Shown: positions 13,901 to 23,641 of the stretch, in pieces
Layout of the letters: each line of letters begins with the position of its first letter
Position numbering within the stretch: position 1 is the first letter of the stretch
Source of the DNA: Macrostomum hystrix
Lineage: Eukaryota > Animalia > Platyhelminthes
Direction: 5' to 3'
Assembly: GCA_950097015.1 (NCBI GenBank)
Contig: CATNEN010000002.1
Span: forward strand, 9,300,001 to 9,364,000
DNA: 64,000 bases
The notes under the pieces: generated by a model
Seen by the model: only the letters and a program-made list of their open reading frames with translations
Told to the model about the DNA's origin: nothing
The model's database searches: none
Translations under genes and position numbers: made by a program

Positions 13901-16900
13901 CACTCACAAGGGAGAAAGTGCGCAAGACATTCGATCGCAGCTCAAGACCGCAAGGCAGCAGGAGATCATGAAGAATCGCGCAGGTCTAATCCCAATAATT
14001 GATTCTGTTCTGACGTGTGCTCGCCAGAACATCGCACTCCGTGGTCACCGCGGAGAGAATCAGCCACTGCAGCTGGATGCTGGAGAGCCTGAAAAAAATG
14101 ATGGAAACTTTCGGGCGCTGCTGCGTTTCCGAGCTCGAGGAGGCGATGCTGCTCTTTCTAACCATGTGAGCCAATCTTCTGCCAATGCAACTTATCTGTC
14201 TCCACAGATTCAGAATGAAGTCTTGGATGTTGCATTGAAATTAATTCGAGAGAAGGTCGTAATGCGTGTTCAACGTGCCGAATGCTGGGCTCTAATAGTT
14301 GATGAGACAATGGATCTGCAGAAGAGAGAGCAACTTGTCATTGTTGCCCGCTATCTGTCTGATGCTACTGACGGCTCTGTGCAGCAGAATGAGGACCCAG
14401 TGGCAATGCTAGACCTTGTATCCGACATCGCTGGCGGTATCGACTCATGGGAAGATGTTCGGCTAAGTGGCGAGAACATCGCTGCAGCAATTGTTCGCCG
14501 GCTGGAGGTGCTGGGGCTTAATCTCACTAGATGCGTGGCTCAGTGTTATGATGGTGCCTCTGCAATGGCCAGTGAGAGAGTGGGTGTTGCTGCACACATT
14601 CGGAGACAAGCTCCCCAGGCCGACTACTTCCACTGCATGGCCCATTGGCTAAATCTGAGTGCAGTGCGTGCCGTTAAAGTCCCGACTGTCAGGAACTCGC
14701 TCGGAGTCATTCAAGAAGTTGTTGCCGCATTTCGGTCAAGTAGCAAAAAGACATTCCTACTAAAGCAGATAATTGAAGAGTCAAATGAGACTGTCGGATC
14801 AAAGCGGCAGCTTGCGAGTCTGTGTGAGACGCGGTTTTTGGAACGACACACTTCCATCGTCACGTTTCGGCAACTTTTCAATCACGTTGTGCATGCGCTG
14901 GAAGAAATGAAGACCTGGCAAGGATCAGATGCGGCTCGATCAGCGACAACTCTGCATGCTGCAGTTCACAATTTCGAGTTCATTGTTGGAATGATCATCC
15001 TTGAGAACCTTGCCGGCTTACTACTGCCAGTGTCGAGGCGACTTCAAGCTGCAGACAATGAGCTTGTCGAAGCTGTCCGTGAGGTGAAAGAACTGCTGTC
15101 AGCGCTGGAGTCAATGCGAAGCGAGCAGCAGTTTCACGAGTTGTTTAGGGAAGCGCGGGCTCTCGCTCTTCAACTTGACATTGATCAGAAAATTCCTCGT
15201 CAAGGACGCCACGTTGCACGTTTTCAGACGGCGCAAGTGGCGCAGGCGCAGACGCAGCCCACCACCACTAGTGCCGAGGATCACTACAGAACTTCTGTGT
15301 ACTTTCCGGCAGTGGATGCTATAGCAGCCGACATCATGCTACGGTTTGGAGTGCCACAGCAGCGTGCCTTCAATCTCAGCTGTCTGCTGCCAGTGAACTT
15401 TGATGACTCAAAGCTGGACGCGCAGCTAACCTCTGTGCAAGAAGCAGCAGAGAAGTACTGCAGCCTGCTGATGGATCCGTTCGTTGTTGTAAAGCAGGAG
15501 TATATACTATGGCGACAACAGTGGTCAACAGTCGCTGCTGAACATCGTCCGGGTACAGCGGTACTAGCCTTGCGAGCCTGTAGGAAAGTTAAGTTTCCAA
15601 ACATGTACCGCCTACTGGCTGTCTATGCTACTCTGCCTGTGTCGACCTGTGAGCCAGAGAGAGTATTTTCAAAGCTGAAGCAGACATTGACATGTTGTCG
15701 GAGCACAATGGGTGAGGGACGCTTGGAATCTGTGCTTCTACTTCAGTGTCACCGAGCTGACTGCCCTAGACCAGCAGAGGTTCTGGACTTGTTTGCCACA
15801 TCGGCTCGTCGATTGAAGTTGCTTCTTTAAGAAGCTCCACATTGCATGCAGTGACACACTTTCTCATATGATCTCTCACTGATCATTGACTGATTCAAGT
15901 CAACCTCGCGCTGTCGCACATTCTAATTTATTTTTCTCAGTGTTCTCAACTGCTTTTATACTTTTGAAAATTCCGTAAAGTGCAGTAATAAAAAATGGTG
16001 ACTACGATCGAACATGTATTTTGCAATTTCATTTAACAGTGTTCGTTGCCCAAAAGTGAAGATATTGGTCAATGAAATATGCACATTGGCATTTGATAAG
16101 AGTTCTTTCTTGCTCAGAGATGGGTAAAATTGCGCTCCTAAAATTAAAATATTGGCGCCCCCCTGGGAAGCGGCCCCCCCCAATAAGAAATCCTGGCTAC
16201 GCCCCTGGTCTGAGCTTGAATACATTTTGAGACATCCGGTCTGTACACCAAGAGCCCCATTGGGGCAAAAATTACACAAGTAACTTACGTTTCATACAAC
16301 CCAGCTTAATGCTACTAAGGTACATGTGATTACTATCCCTCAGCAGTAAAAAACCAATGTTCCCCCAGCAGCAGAGAACTAATTCCCCCCAGCAGCAGAG
16401 AACTAATTCCCCCCCAGCAGCAGAGAACTAATTCCCCCCCAGCAGCAGAGAACTAATTCCCCCCCAGCAGCAGAGAACTAATCCCCCCCAGCAGCAAAGA
16501 ACTAATTCCCCCCCAGCAGCAGAGAACTAATCCCCCCCCCAGCAGCAGAGAACTAATTTCCCCCCAGCAGCAGAGAACTAATTTCCCCCCAGCAGCAGAG
16601 AACTAATTCCCCCCCAGCAGCAGAGAACTAATCCCCCCCAGCAGCAAAGAACTAATTCCCCCCCAGCAGCAGAGAACTAATTCCCCCCCCCAGCAGCAGA
16701 GAACTAATTCCCCCCCCCAGCAGCAGAGAACTAATCCCCCCCCAGCAGCAGAGAACTAATTCCCCCCAGCAGCAGAGAACTAATTTCCCCCCAGCAGCAG
16801 AGAACTAATTCCCCCCCCCAGCAGCAGAGAACTAATTCCCCCCAGCAGCAGAGAACTAATTCCCCCCAGCAGCAGAGAACTAATCCCCCCCAACAGCAAA

Positions 16901-19517
16901 GAACTAATTCCCCCCCCAGCAGCAGAGAACTAATTCCCCCCCCCAGCAGCAGAGAACTAATTGCCCCCAGCAGCAGAGAACCGATGTTCCGTCAGCAGCA
17001 GAGAACCGATGTTCCGGCAGCAGCAGAGAACCGATGTTCCGTCAGCAGCAGAGAACCGATGTTCCGTCAGCAGCAAAGAACCGATGTTCCGTCAGCAGCA
17101 GAGAACAGATGTTCCGTCAGCAGCAAAGAACCGATGTTCCGTCAGCAGCAAAGAACCGATGTTCCGTCAGCAGCAGAGAACCGATGTTCCGTCAGCAGCA
17201 AAGAACCGATGTTCCGTCAGCAGCAAAGAACCGATGTTCCGTCAGCAGCAAAGAACCGATGTTCCGTCAGCAGCAGAGAACCAATTTCCCCCAAACAGAA
17301 GAGAACCTCCATAATACCAGAATGGAGGCTACTTGCAGGCATCCAAACCCCCAGCACGAAATATTTCCCCTCTTTCTTTGACAGCAAACCATTGCCCCAA
17401 TATAGCAGAGAAACGATTTTACTTAGCCAAGCAGGCAACAAATATTTCCTGTTACATGTGGCACTGTAGATACATTTAGAAAACTGTTAGACTCCATTAT
17501 TAACTGTTCAACATATTTGAAAACTTTTAGACTCCTTAGAAAACTGTTAGACTCCTTAGAAAACTGTTAGACTCCATTATTAACTGTTTAAAAACTTAAA
17601 AAACTTTTAGACGCAAACCTGTTAAACACATTTAGAAAACTATTTAACACATTTAGAAAACGATTAAACACATTTTTTAAACTATTAAACACATTTTAAA
17701 AACTTTTAGACACGTTTAGAAAACTGTTAAACACATTTTGAAAAAAATGTTAAACACATTTAAGAAACTGTTAAACACATTTAGAAAACTCTTATACACA
17801 TTTACATAACTATTAAACATTCGAAAACTATTAAACCCATCTAGAAAACTGTTAAACACATTTATAAAACTGGTAAACACATCTAGAAAATGGACATCTT
17901 TACATGTAGAAATGTAGTCTCCTCTCCTTCAACACCTAGTCCTAGTGGTCCTTTAATAGAATATTGATCTAGACTGATTTTATCAGAGACTTCATAGAAA
18001 TACGTCCCTCGTTGATGCCTGATTGAGCATGGTCAGCAATTAGGGGGGCACAAGCAGGTAAATAGAATCGGCTCTGCCCCGCAGGCATCCAATTGCTGTT
18101 CGGACTGTTCTTCGCCTGGGAGACGCGCAATCTGCACCCCCTGGACCCGGGCGATGCTCGCCTCACCGCAGCGAGCATCGGCAACGTCAGCGCCGCAGCT
18201 CTGGTGGGCCTGGCGCTCGGCTTCTGTCTGCCAGACGACGTCGCTCCGCTTCGAGGCGTGCTGCTGATCGCCTGCCAGGTGGTTGGCGCCTCCGGCACCC
18301 TTGCGATGTTGTTCGGACACAAGGCGAGTGACAGGGAGGTTTATCGGGTAAAATCATTCAGAGGGTGTTTCCAGGCCTGTAGAAGGTCGCGTGCCAAAGC
18401 ACAAGTTGGAGTAGGTTTTTCGATGATGTAGCTTCTAACCAACTAGTTTGCTTCAGTCTTCTTCTCTCAACTAGTTTGCTTCAGTCTTCTTTTCTCAACT
18501 TGTTTGCTTCAGTCTTCTTCTCTCAACTAGTTTGCTTCAGTCTTCTTTTCTCAACTTGTTTGCTTCAGTCTTCTTTTCTCAACTAGTTTGCTTCAGTCTT
18601 CTTTTCTCAACTAGTTTGCTTCAGTCTTCTTCTCTCAACTTGTTTGCTTCAGTCTTCTTCTCTCAACTAGTTTGCTTCAGTCTTCTTCTCTCAACTAGTT
18701 TGCTTCAGTCTTCTTTTCTCAACTTGTTTGCTTCAGTCTTCTTTTCTCAACTAGTTTGCTTCAGTCTTCTTTTCTCAACTAGTTTGCTTCAGTCTTCTTT
18801 TCTCAACTAGTTTGCTTCAGTCTTCTTTTCTCAACTAGTTTGCTTCAGTCTTCTTCTCTCAACTAGTTTGCTTCAGTCTTCTTTTCTCAACTTGTTTGCT
18901 TCAGTCTTCTTCTCTCAACTAGTTTGCTTCAGTCTTCTTTTCTCAACTAGTTTGCTTCAGTCTTCTTCTCTCAACTAGTTTGCTTCAGTCTTCTTTTCTC
19001 AACTTGTTTGCTTCAGTCTTCTTCTCTCAACTAGTTTGCTTCAGTCTTCTTTTCTCAACTAGTTTGCTTCAGTCTTCTTTTCTCAACTTGTTTGCTTCAG
19101 TCTTCTTTTCTCAACTAGTTTGCTTCAGTCTTCTTTTCTCAACTAGTTTGCTTCAGTCTTCTTCTCTCAACTAGTTTGCTTCAGTCTTCTTTTCTCAACT
19201 AGTTTGCTTCAGTCTTCTTTTCTCAACTTGTTTGCTTCAGTCTTCTTTTCTCAACTAGTTTGCTTCAGTCTTCTTTTCTCAACTAGTTTGCTTCAGTCTT
19301 CTTTTCTCAACTTGTTTGCTTCAGTCTTCTTTTCTCAACTAGTTTGCTTCAGTCTTCTTTTCTCAACTTGTTTGCTTCAGTCTTCTTTTCTCAACTTGTT
19401 TGCTTCAGTCTTCTCTCGACTTGTTTGCGTTCGTAACCAGGAAAGCTCACAATCTGATTCTTATAGGCTTGGAAAGAACTAAAAACTTTTCCGTATTGCA
19501 GGTACTGCTGCTCCTGA
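4977..19517 (+). CDS. GABA-B-like class C GPCR, paralogue B (complete VFT + 7TM). Exons approx 4977-5219, 5331-5468, 5719-5889, 6061-6162, 6354-6428, 7143-7329, 7399-7635, 8136-8349, ~10530-10903, ~11271-11385, ~11478-11570, ~18085-18323, probable last exon 19467-19517
   Basis: Signal peptide. SNKKAYPFFFR, FGWSRIG, DRDIRIFI, GLYGPKYFW, GSTPPVD. TM1-3 with IRRSSPRANS and ILFKMWQL. TM4 LDAVILTAWILADPLQR. CRSNFTNVWNALLIVIKG / LLFGLFFAWETRNL..DARLTAASIGNV / TLAMLFGHK follow the GABA-B 7tm_3 pattern. Confidence 0.85.
6505..6733 (-). mobile_element. SINE family Y copy whose tRNA head is interrupted by a MITE (resumes ~6999-7010)
   Basis: Same core as the 2527 copy. The head sequence gtccgacactctaaccac is split around the 6734-6998 insertion. 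Confidence 0.7.
6734..6998 (-). mobile_element. hAT (Charlie/Buster-like) MITE, 265 bp
   Basis: Termini CAGGGTTGGGCAAACTC...GAGTTTGCCGAACCCTG. Degenerate 8-bp TSD ctttaaac/ctcttacc. Its reverse complement matches the left end of the 26543 element (caggg.tcggcaaactccggcccgcg.gccagatgcggccctcgaagctccc), including the ctcatctct repeats. Confidence 0.8.
7020..7140 (-). mobile_element. Fragment of another tRNA/CORE-like SINE (related copy ~40300-40560, + strand)
   Basis: Reverse complement gggagttcgaatctcagcccatgagaaac...tgagcaagaca resembles gggagttcgaagctgagcctatgggaaac...tgagcaagaca at ~40333-40388. Confidence 0.45.
8420..8805. repeat. 51-bp GC-rich minisatellite x ~7 (intronic)
   Basis: Unit cgcacggtgattttcctatacgcccccgctatacgcctcccgccagtgggg. 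It produces the repetitive ORFs in the track. Confidence 0.95.
9861..10205 (+). mobile_element. Near full-length tRNA-derived SINE family X
   Basis: Head ggggtgagtggaagagcggtcaacgcg (A-box-like) and gattcc (B-box remnant). Body and 3' end (ccaaatgatgtgccattg...ccctcctgcaatta) are shared with other copies. Confidence 0.7.
12441..15830 (+). CDS. hAT transposase (ZMYM1/P52rIPK-like): TTF-type Zn finger, DUF4371-like region, DDE core, C-terminal dimerisation domain
   Basis: FPWL...AFCTPCVLF...HEKSDYH; ARQNIALRGH; DGNFRALL; YLSPQIQNE; IVDETMD; QCYDGASAM; FHCMAHWLNL; ETRF; LPVSTCEPERVFSKL; STMGEGRL. ATG at 12441 (the track ORF starts at TTG 12435). Confidence 0.93.
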   Translation: MENNIGASAVPAQACVASSNKRKRSGAENRRQKQAKKLKASASGCMKLTSMFESRKDRTESRAAGAHAAGDGALAPCDGAHGACDGALAAGDGALAACGGVLAPCDGAHGACDGALAAGDGALAPCDGALAAGDGALAACGGALAAGALAAGDGALAAGALAAGDGAHAAGDGALAAGALAAGDGAHAAGDGALAAGALAAGDGAHAAGDGALAAGALAAGDGAHAAGDGALAAGAFAAGDGAHAAGDGALAAGALAAGDGAHAAGDGALAAGALAAGDGAHAAGDGALAPCDGTLAAGALAPCDGAHAACDGAHAAGAHAAGAHAAGAHAAGANAAGDGAHATDAPLADIGLAVQKMHMLSSEERSNFCEPWSPLHENDYPFSQHQVQGRSRKRKLLPVHLKRFPWLSVSKVAGLEGAFCTPCVLFSSATGVGGRTNGCGQQAGALVRKPLKRFDDLTGKKGVLSLHEKSDYHKKSAEKMDEFLRRTHKGESAQDIRSQLKTARQQEIMKNRAGLIPIIDSVLTCARQNIALRGHRGENQPLQLDAGEPEKNDGNFRALLRFRARGGDAALSNHVSQSSANATYLSPQIQNEVLDVALKLIREKVVMRVQRAECWALIVDETMDLQKREQLVIVARYLSDATDGSVQQNEDPVAMLDLVSDIAGGIDSWEDVRLSGENIAAAIVRRLEVLGLNLTRCVAQCYDGASAMASERVGVAAHIRRQAPQADYFHCMAHWLNLSAVRAVKVPTVRNSLGVIQEVVAAFRSSSKKTFLLKQIIEESNETVGSKRQLASLCETRFLERHTSIVTFRQLFNHVVHALEEMKTWQGSDAARSATTLHAAVHNFEFIVGMIILENLAGLLLPVSRRLQAADNELVEAVREVKELLSALESMRSEQQFHELFREARALALQLDIDQKIPRQGRHVARFQTAQVAQAQTQPTTTSAEDHYRTSVYFPAVDAIAADIMLRFGVPQQRAFNLSCLLPVNFDDSKLDAQLTSVQEAAEKYCSLLMDPFVVVKQEYILWRQQWSTVAAEHRPGTAVLALRACRKVKFPNMYRLLAVYATLPVSTCEPERVFSKLKQTLTCCRSTMGEGRLESVLLLQCHRADCPRPAEVLDLFATSARRLKLLL
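12626..13470 (+). repeat. GC-rich coding tandem repeat (AAGDGAL/H, AAGAL units) inside the transposase ORF
   Basis: Units gccggtgacggcgccc(a/t)tgct and gctggcgcccttgct, all multiples of 3. Confidence 0.95.
16365..16980. repeat. ~24-bp minisatellite (c5-8 agcagcagagaactaatt) x ~25
   Basis: Directly visible. The poly-C length varies between units. Confidence 0.95.
16981..17285. repeat. 25-bp minisatellite (ccgatgttccgtcagcagca(g/a)agaa) x ~12
   Basis: Directly visible. It abuts the previous array and shares its cagcagcagagaac core. Confidence 0.95.
17470..17890. repeat. Degenerate AT-rich ~21-bp repeat (tttagaaaactgttaaacaca)
   Basis: Repeated variants are visible. Confidence 0.8.
18440..19425. 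repeat. 28-bp minisatellite (aact(a/t)gtttgcttcagtcttctt(c/t)tctc) x ~35
   Basis: Near-perfect units with two polymorphic positions. Confidence 0.97.
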
Positions 19518-20513
19518 GCAACTCGTGAGCTTTCTGTCTGAATTGCGAGTCGACTTCAAAGCGTAACTGGCCCAGGCAGTTTGGCGTGAACCTCGTCTCG
19601 TAGACAACTGTGAGCAAAGCAATCAAACTGCATATGTTCCAACTAAGACAGCTCGAAATATCTAATTGGAATATTGGCTATCTGGTAAAATTTTCCCGTT
19701 AACAAATACAAATGAGCATAATACCAAATAGTTGATCAACACTATATTCTTTCCAGAGAGAGAAATGTGATAATCCATTCCTGTTGGATTGATTTCTATT
19801 ATATCAAATAAAATGGACTCGAATATAATATTTCTGGTTAATAAAGAAAAATAGCAAGAATAATTGCAATTGTGCGGTCCTTACATTATCATACCGATTT
19901 GAGCATGCATTTCAATTAGAAACTTTGTCAGATAAATTGAATTAAAGTTCATCTTGTAATGGGAATAATCATTAAAACAGGTACTGAACAATAGTACGAG
20001 CGTAACGCATCAGCGTGAAGCCTGAAACTTAAATATGCAACGACGCATCTTTATCGTGTTAGCTCGTAAACTCAATTTGCCAACGGCAAAATAATAATTC
20101 TGAAGTCAGTTTCAACTCAATAATTTAGTACAAACGACTTTCCTGACGACGCTCTGGACCTAAGAGCAAGTTGTGAGAGCTAGTGCTTCACATGCAGCTT
20201 AGTTAGATTGATTGTCGCATTGTTTTAAGTAAGATATTCAACATTGGTTTTCTCTGCCTTGCTTGAGCTTTGCAAAAGTCTAAAATTATGTATACTGTTC
20301 TAGTACCTTGAGTACCCTTGAGCTTTTATTCAGAACCTGATCTTTATGAGAACAATTCAGAATAGTTATAGTCGTTCGCATATGGTGAACCTTGAATCGA
20401 CAAAGAAACGGCTCAGTTATTGTTTGGTGAGCGGGGGGCAGTCATGAGCAAGGTAGAATCGTAACGTCACAGATAATGTTTTTAGTTAACCGGCTAGACA
20501 TGCGTATCCCTAA

Positions 20514-21720
20514 GGGGGTCGGTGGCAGAGCGGTTAACGCAGTTGACTCTCGCACTGAATGTCCCTGAGCTCGATTCCGCGAGGAGGCCACTTTAATTTG
20601 GGGCGCAGCTGCGGAGAGCAGGCTTGGGGGCTTGTTGTGCAATTTACGGCCTTGAGGGCCAACCTCCAAGGCACAGTTGTTGTGAGCTGCATCTCACAAT
20701 GACATTGCTCCGACCCCTGCGTCTCTAAACCTTCCACCCCGGCCACCTGCTCAATCCAGTTCTGCCCGGCCCCGGCTTAGGCACCCTCCTTTATGGTTGT
20801 TTGTCGCTCGCCCATTGGCTGCCCCCTGCGCCGTCTTCGCTAGTCCAATCAGGCCTCTCGCCAAGGAGACTTCTGATTGGCTAGCCGGCCTCCTTCTCTC
20901 TCTCTCGGCTCTCAGCCTTGTGTGTTTGCTCCCACCCCAGCCCTGCGTGGCTTAGCCCTATCCCGTCCAGCCCTATGCCCTCGCCTCACCCCATGCTGTT
21001 ATTTATTAGCACGCGCTGCCCGTGGCCAGCCCCCGCGCCGCCCGAGTACTATTGTGAGAACGCTGCCCTGAGTTAGAAGCGAACAATCCATACAATAATA
21101 AACTACGCAGCCTGAGCTACACTAATTGCCATGAGTGCAGCGTTCGATCCCTCTCGGTAAGATAAGCATTAACGAGTTATTTGTCCATGCTCAAACCTTG
21201 TTCCTCTGCCCGACCTCTGCTGCTGCCAAAAGCTCATCATCATCATCCTTCTCCTCCAGAGTCTTCCCTCGAGTCTGCGAAGCGTCGGTACGCCTCCAGA
21301 CCGTCATCCACCTCTCTCTGGGGCTGTCGAGTGGCTACCCGCTCGCAGTCAAAGCCTTCGCGCATCCTTCTGTGCCGGGCTTAGCGAGTGTCTGTACGCT
21401 CCAAGCCCATCCCATCTCTCCTCGGAGTTTCGGAACGCCTCGAGGGTCGCTGCTTCCCATCCCTCCTCCCCCGGCAAGCTTTGGGTGGTCCGTACCCGAA
21501 CCCCTACTACCGCGTCGGCGAACTGCCGACGGTACCGATAAACTACAACACAGTGAAAGCTTACACTGCCTGACGATGAAAAAGTACACGTGTGCGTGTT
21601 GGTGTTTGCAAAGGAATCAGCGAAATGGGCGGAATTGCCTCCTCGCTGCATGGCGGCGGGTCTACTGTCTCTAAATGAGATGTGCCATTGCCCACAGCCC
21701 TCCTGCAATTATTATTACAT
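20514..21720 (+). mobile_element. SINE family X copy split by a solo LTR (pieces 20514-20677 and 21551-21720)
   Basis: Head ggtggcagagcggttaacgc...gagctcgattcc. Rejoining the flanks gives ggca-cagt-gaaag, which matches ggcactgtgaaag in the intact copy at ~10005. Confidence 0.8.
20678..21550. mobile_element. Solo LTR (Gypsy-like), 873 bp
   Basis: TG...CA ends with 6-bp inverted termini TGTTGT/ACAACA. 4-bp TSD CAGT at 20674-20677 and 21551-21554. Internal AATAAA at ~21095. Confidence 0.8.
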
Positions 21721-21904
21721 TATTAAGCAAATCCCCGAATTGAAAGTTTCCACAGAATACATCAGGGCACGAGTTGAACAGACAAGAGTATTTCTGGACG
21801 CAGTTTGACACAGCAAACGCTGCCGCAGACTCGTCACTTGGTCTATTGATCTATCTAAGAACTGGAGCACTCTAAGTTCGACAGCCAGCGAACGGAAATA
21901 AAAC

Positions 21905-22170
21905 CGGGCCAGATGTACAGCCGAAGCTTTTTATCGGCGCTTCTAAAGGCTGTGTACAGCTACTCAAAGGCTGTGGACTGAGAAGGCCGCCACACGTGTC
22001 CGAATTTCTACCCCATTTAATGCTGGTGCCCATTTTACAGCTCAGGGAACTGAAGCACTGGGGAATTAGATATTTACTCACGGACACAAATTGTCTCCGT
22101 AGGGCTGTGTTTCGAACTACCGACCCCCGGTCGAAAGTCAGAAGCTCATAACCACCAGGCTAAAAACTCC
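21905..22170 (-). mobile_element. SINE family Y copy
   Basis: gctggtgcccattttacagctcagggaactgaagc...ggacacaaattg...gtcgaaagtcagaagctcataaccaccaggcta matches the family. Confidence 0.65.
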
Positions 22171-22434
22171 TGTCTTTCCATTAATACAATTTTCATCCCC
22201 AGATCTTCTAGAAGGCTCTTCCTTCTGTTTCTATCTGGCAAAACTGGCTGCCACTGGGCAGAGACATGTAATATTTCATGGACCAATCAGCTAGTAACTG
22301 CTCAATAGACCATGCACTACAGGTTAGCACCTCATCGCTTCAAATTCACATTCTCTTCGAATGGACCTTGCATGACTTTGCGACAGAAACTTTTTTAAAA
22401 CAAATTAACTAAAAGTTTAGTGGGCTGCAGCAAT

Positions 22435-23641
22435 ATGATTGCCAGTAACATTTGGAAACTGTCGCTCTTTGTGCTTCTAATTGGTTCAACGATGGCGTAC
22501 GAAGCTTGCTCTGCTGTGTACGACCTGGTGACCTCCGACTGCCCATCGGCTCTGCCTGAGGCGGCCGTGTCGACTCCGAGTGAGTCGGAATGTGTGCTTC
22601 GCTGCACTTTGAGTGGCGACTGTCGCCTCTCCGTATACCTAAAAGATAGCTCCGAATGCTACAGCCTGGCAGCCCAACCGCCTTCGACTCCCGGCTGCAG
22701 CCCCAGAATGAGTGTGAGACGGAAACGGACAGGTAGTGGTTCCAGTAAGAGCACTTTCTTGTTTTAACCTCTAGTTTGTAGAAAATTAAGAGGCCACTGC
22801 TCCCTTTTTTATGATTTGCAGCCAGAAGCATGCCGTTGACAGAAAACTTGACGGCCCGACCGGCGACTGTCGCAGTTCCTGGAATTTCAGCCTTGAGCTT
22901 CGCCTCGAGAGTAGTGATTTGGTACAACTTTAAAGTGGGCTTCTCCAATCTGGCCGGCTCTCTCTACACAGCTGTACCTCAAAACATTGCCCAGCAGGAC
23001 CCTCTCAACGGTGTTCGCCTAAACACTAGCTCCAGCTCCTTCATTGCTGTCAGCACGAATGGCTTTAGTCAGTACATCTTACTGAACAATAAGTTTACTA
23101 TTTACTTTCGAGGAAAGCTAGCTGCGACTTCAGAGTAAGAAAATCCAAGTCAGAAGTCTTTTTAAATAAATAAAACCAGTGACTTAGTTTTACATCGTCA
23201 TTGACTTTTAGAGCAAAGTGTCTCAGCTCCTTTAGCAGCTGTCTCTCAAGCGCCTCCGTGAGCCACTTCAACACCCGAGCCGACGGTCAAATCCAGTCTA
23301 GGCATTACTTAGTGGACGGCTCCAAACAGTACACTGAGATCATCTCCAACACCGGGCTGGTCACGGATGGGATCTTAAAAACTGTCTCCCTCGGAGTGAG
23401 CTTCACCGGGTCGAACTATGAATCTCATGTCTACATGAATGGTGTGCTGTATGACACCGACTCGCCAAAGACATTCGGCAGCGACCCCGCTGCAATGGAT
23501 AGCTTCAACTGTCTTCGTATCGGCGACTGCAATACCGCCGGGCCAGCGCCATTCAACGGCTGGCTTGAGTGCTGGGGCTTCGTCACAGCATCGCTCACCC
23601 TTAATCAGTTCCTAGAACTCGAAAATCTCTGCGGCGGATGA
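22435..23641 (+). CDS. Secreted protein with N-terminal PAN/apple-like Cys module and C-terminal LamG/pentraxin-like domain; exons 22435-22732, 22822-23134, 23236-23641
   Basis: Signal peptide. SESECVLRCTLSGDCRLSVY....ECY resembles PAN. VYMNG...LRIG.....FNGWLECW....LTLNQF resembles LamG. Splice phases are compatible. Confidence 0.6.

Larger units (their letters stand above)
11963..16207 (+). mobile_element. Autonomous-looking hAT DNA transposon, 4245 bp, in a GPCR B intron
   Basis: TIRs CAGGGGCGTAGCTAGG / CCTGGCTACGCCCCTG (16 bp, 1 mismatch). Perfect 8-bp TSD GTCTGAGC at 11955-11962 and 16208-16215. Single long transposase ORF. Confidence 0.95.

Noticed and set aside
16365-19425. Repeat arrays as possible CRISPR arrays
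   Set aside because: Units are head-to-tail with no unique spacers, there are no cas genes, and the context is a eukaryotic intron. The same holds for all other arrays.
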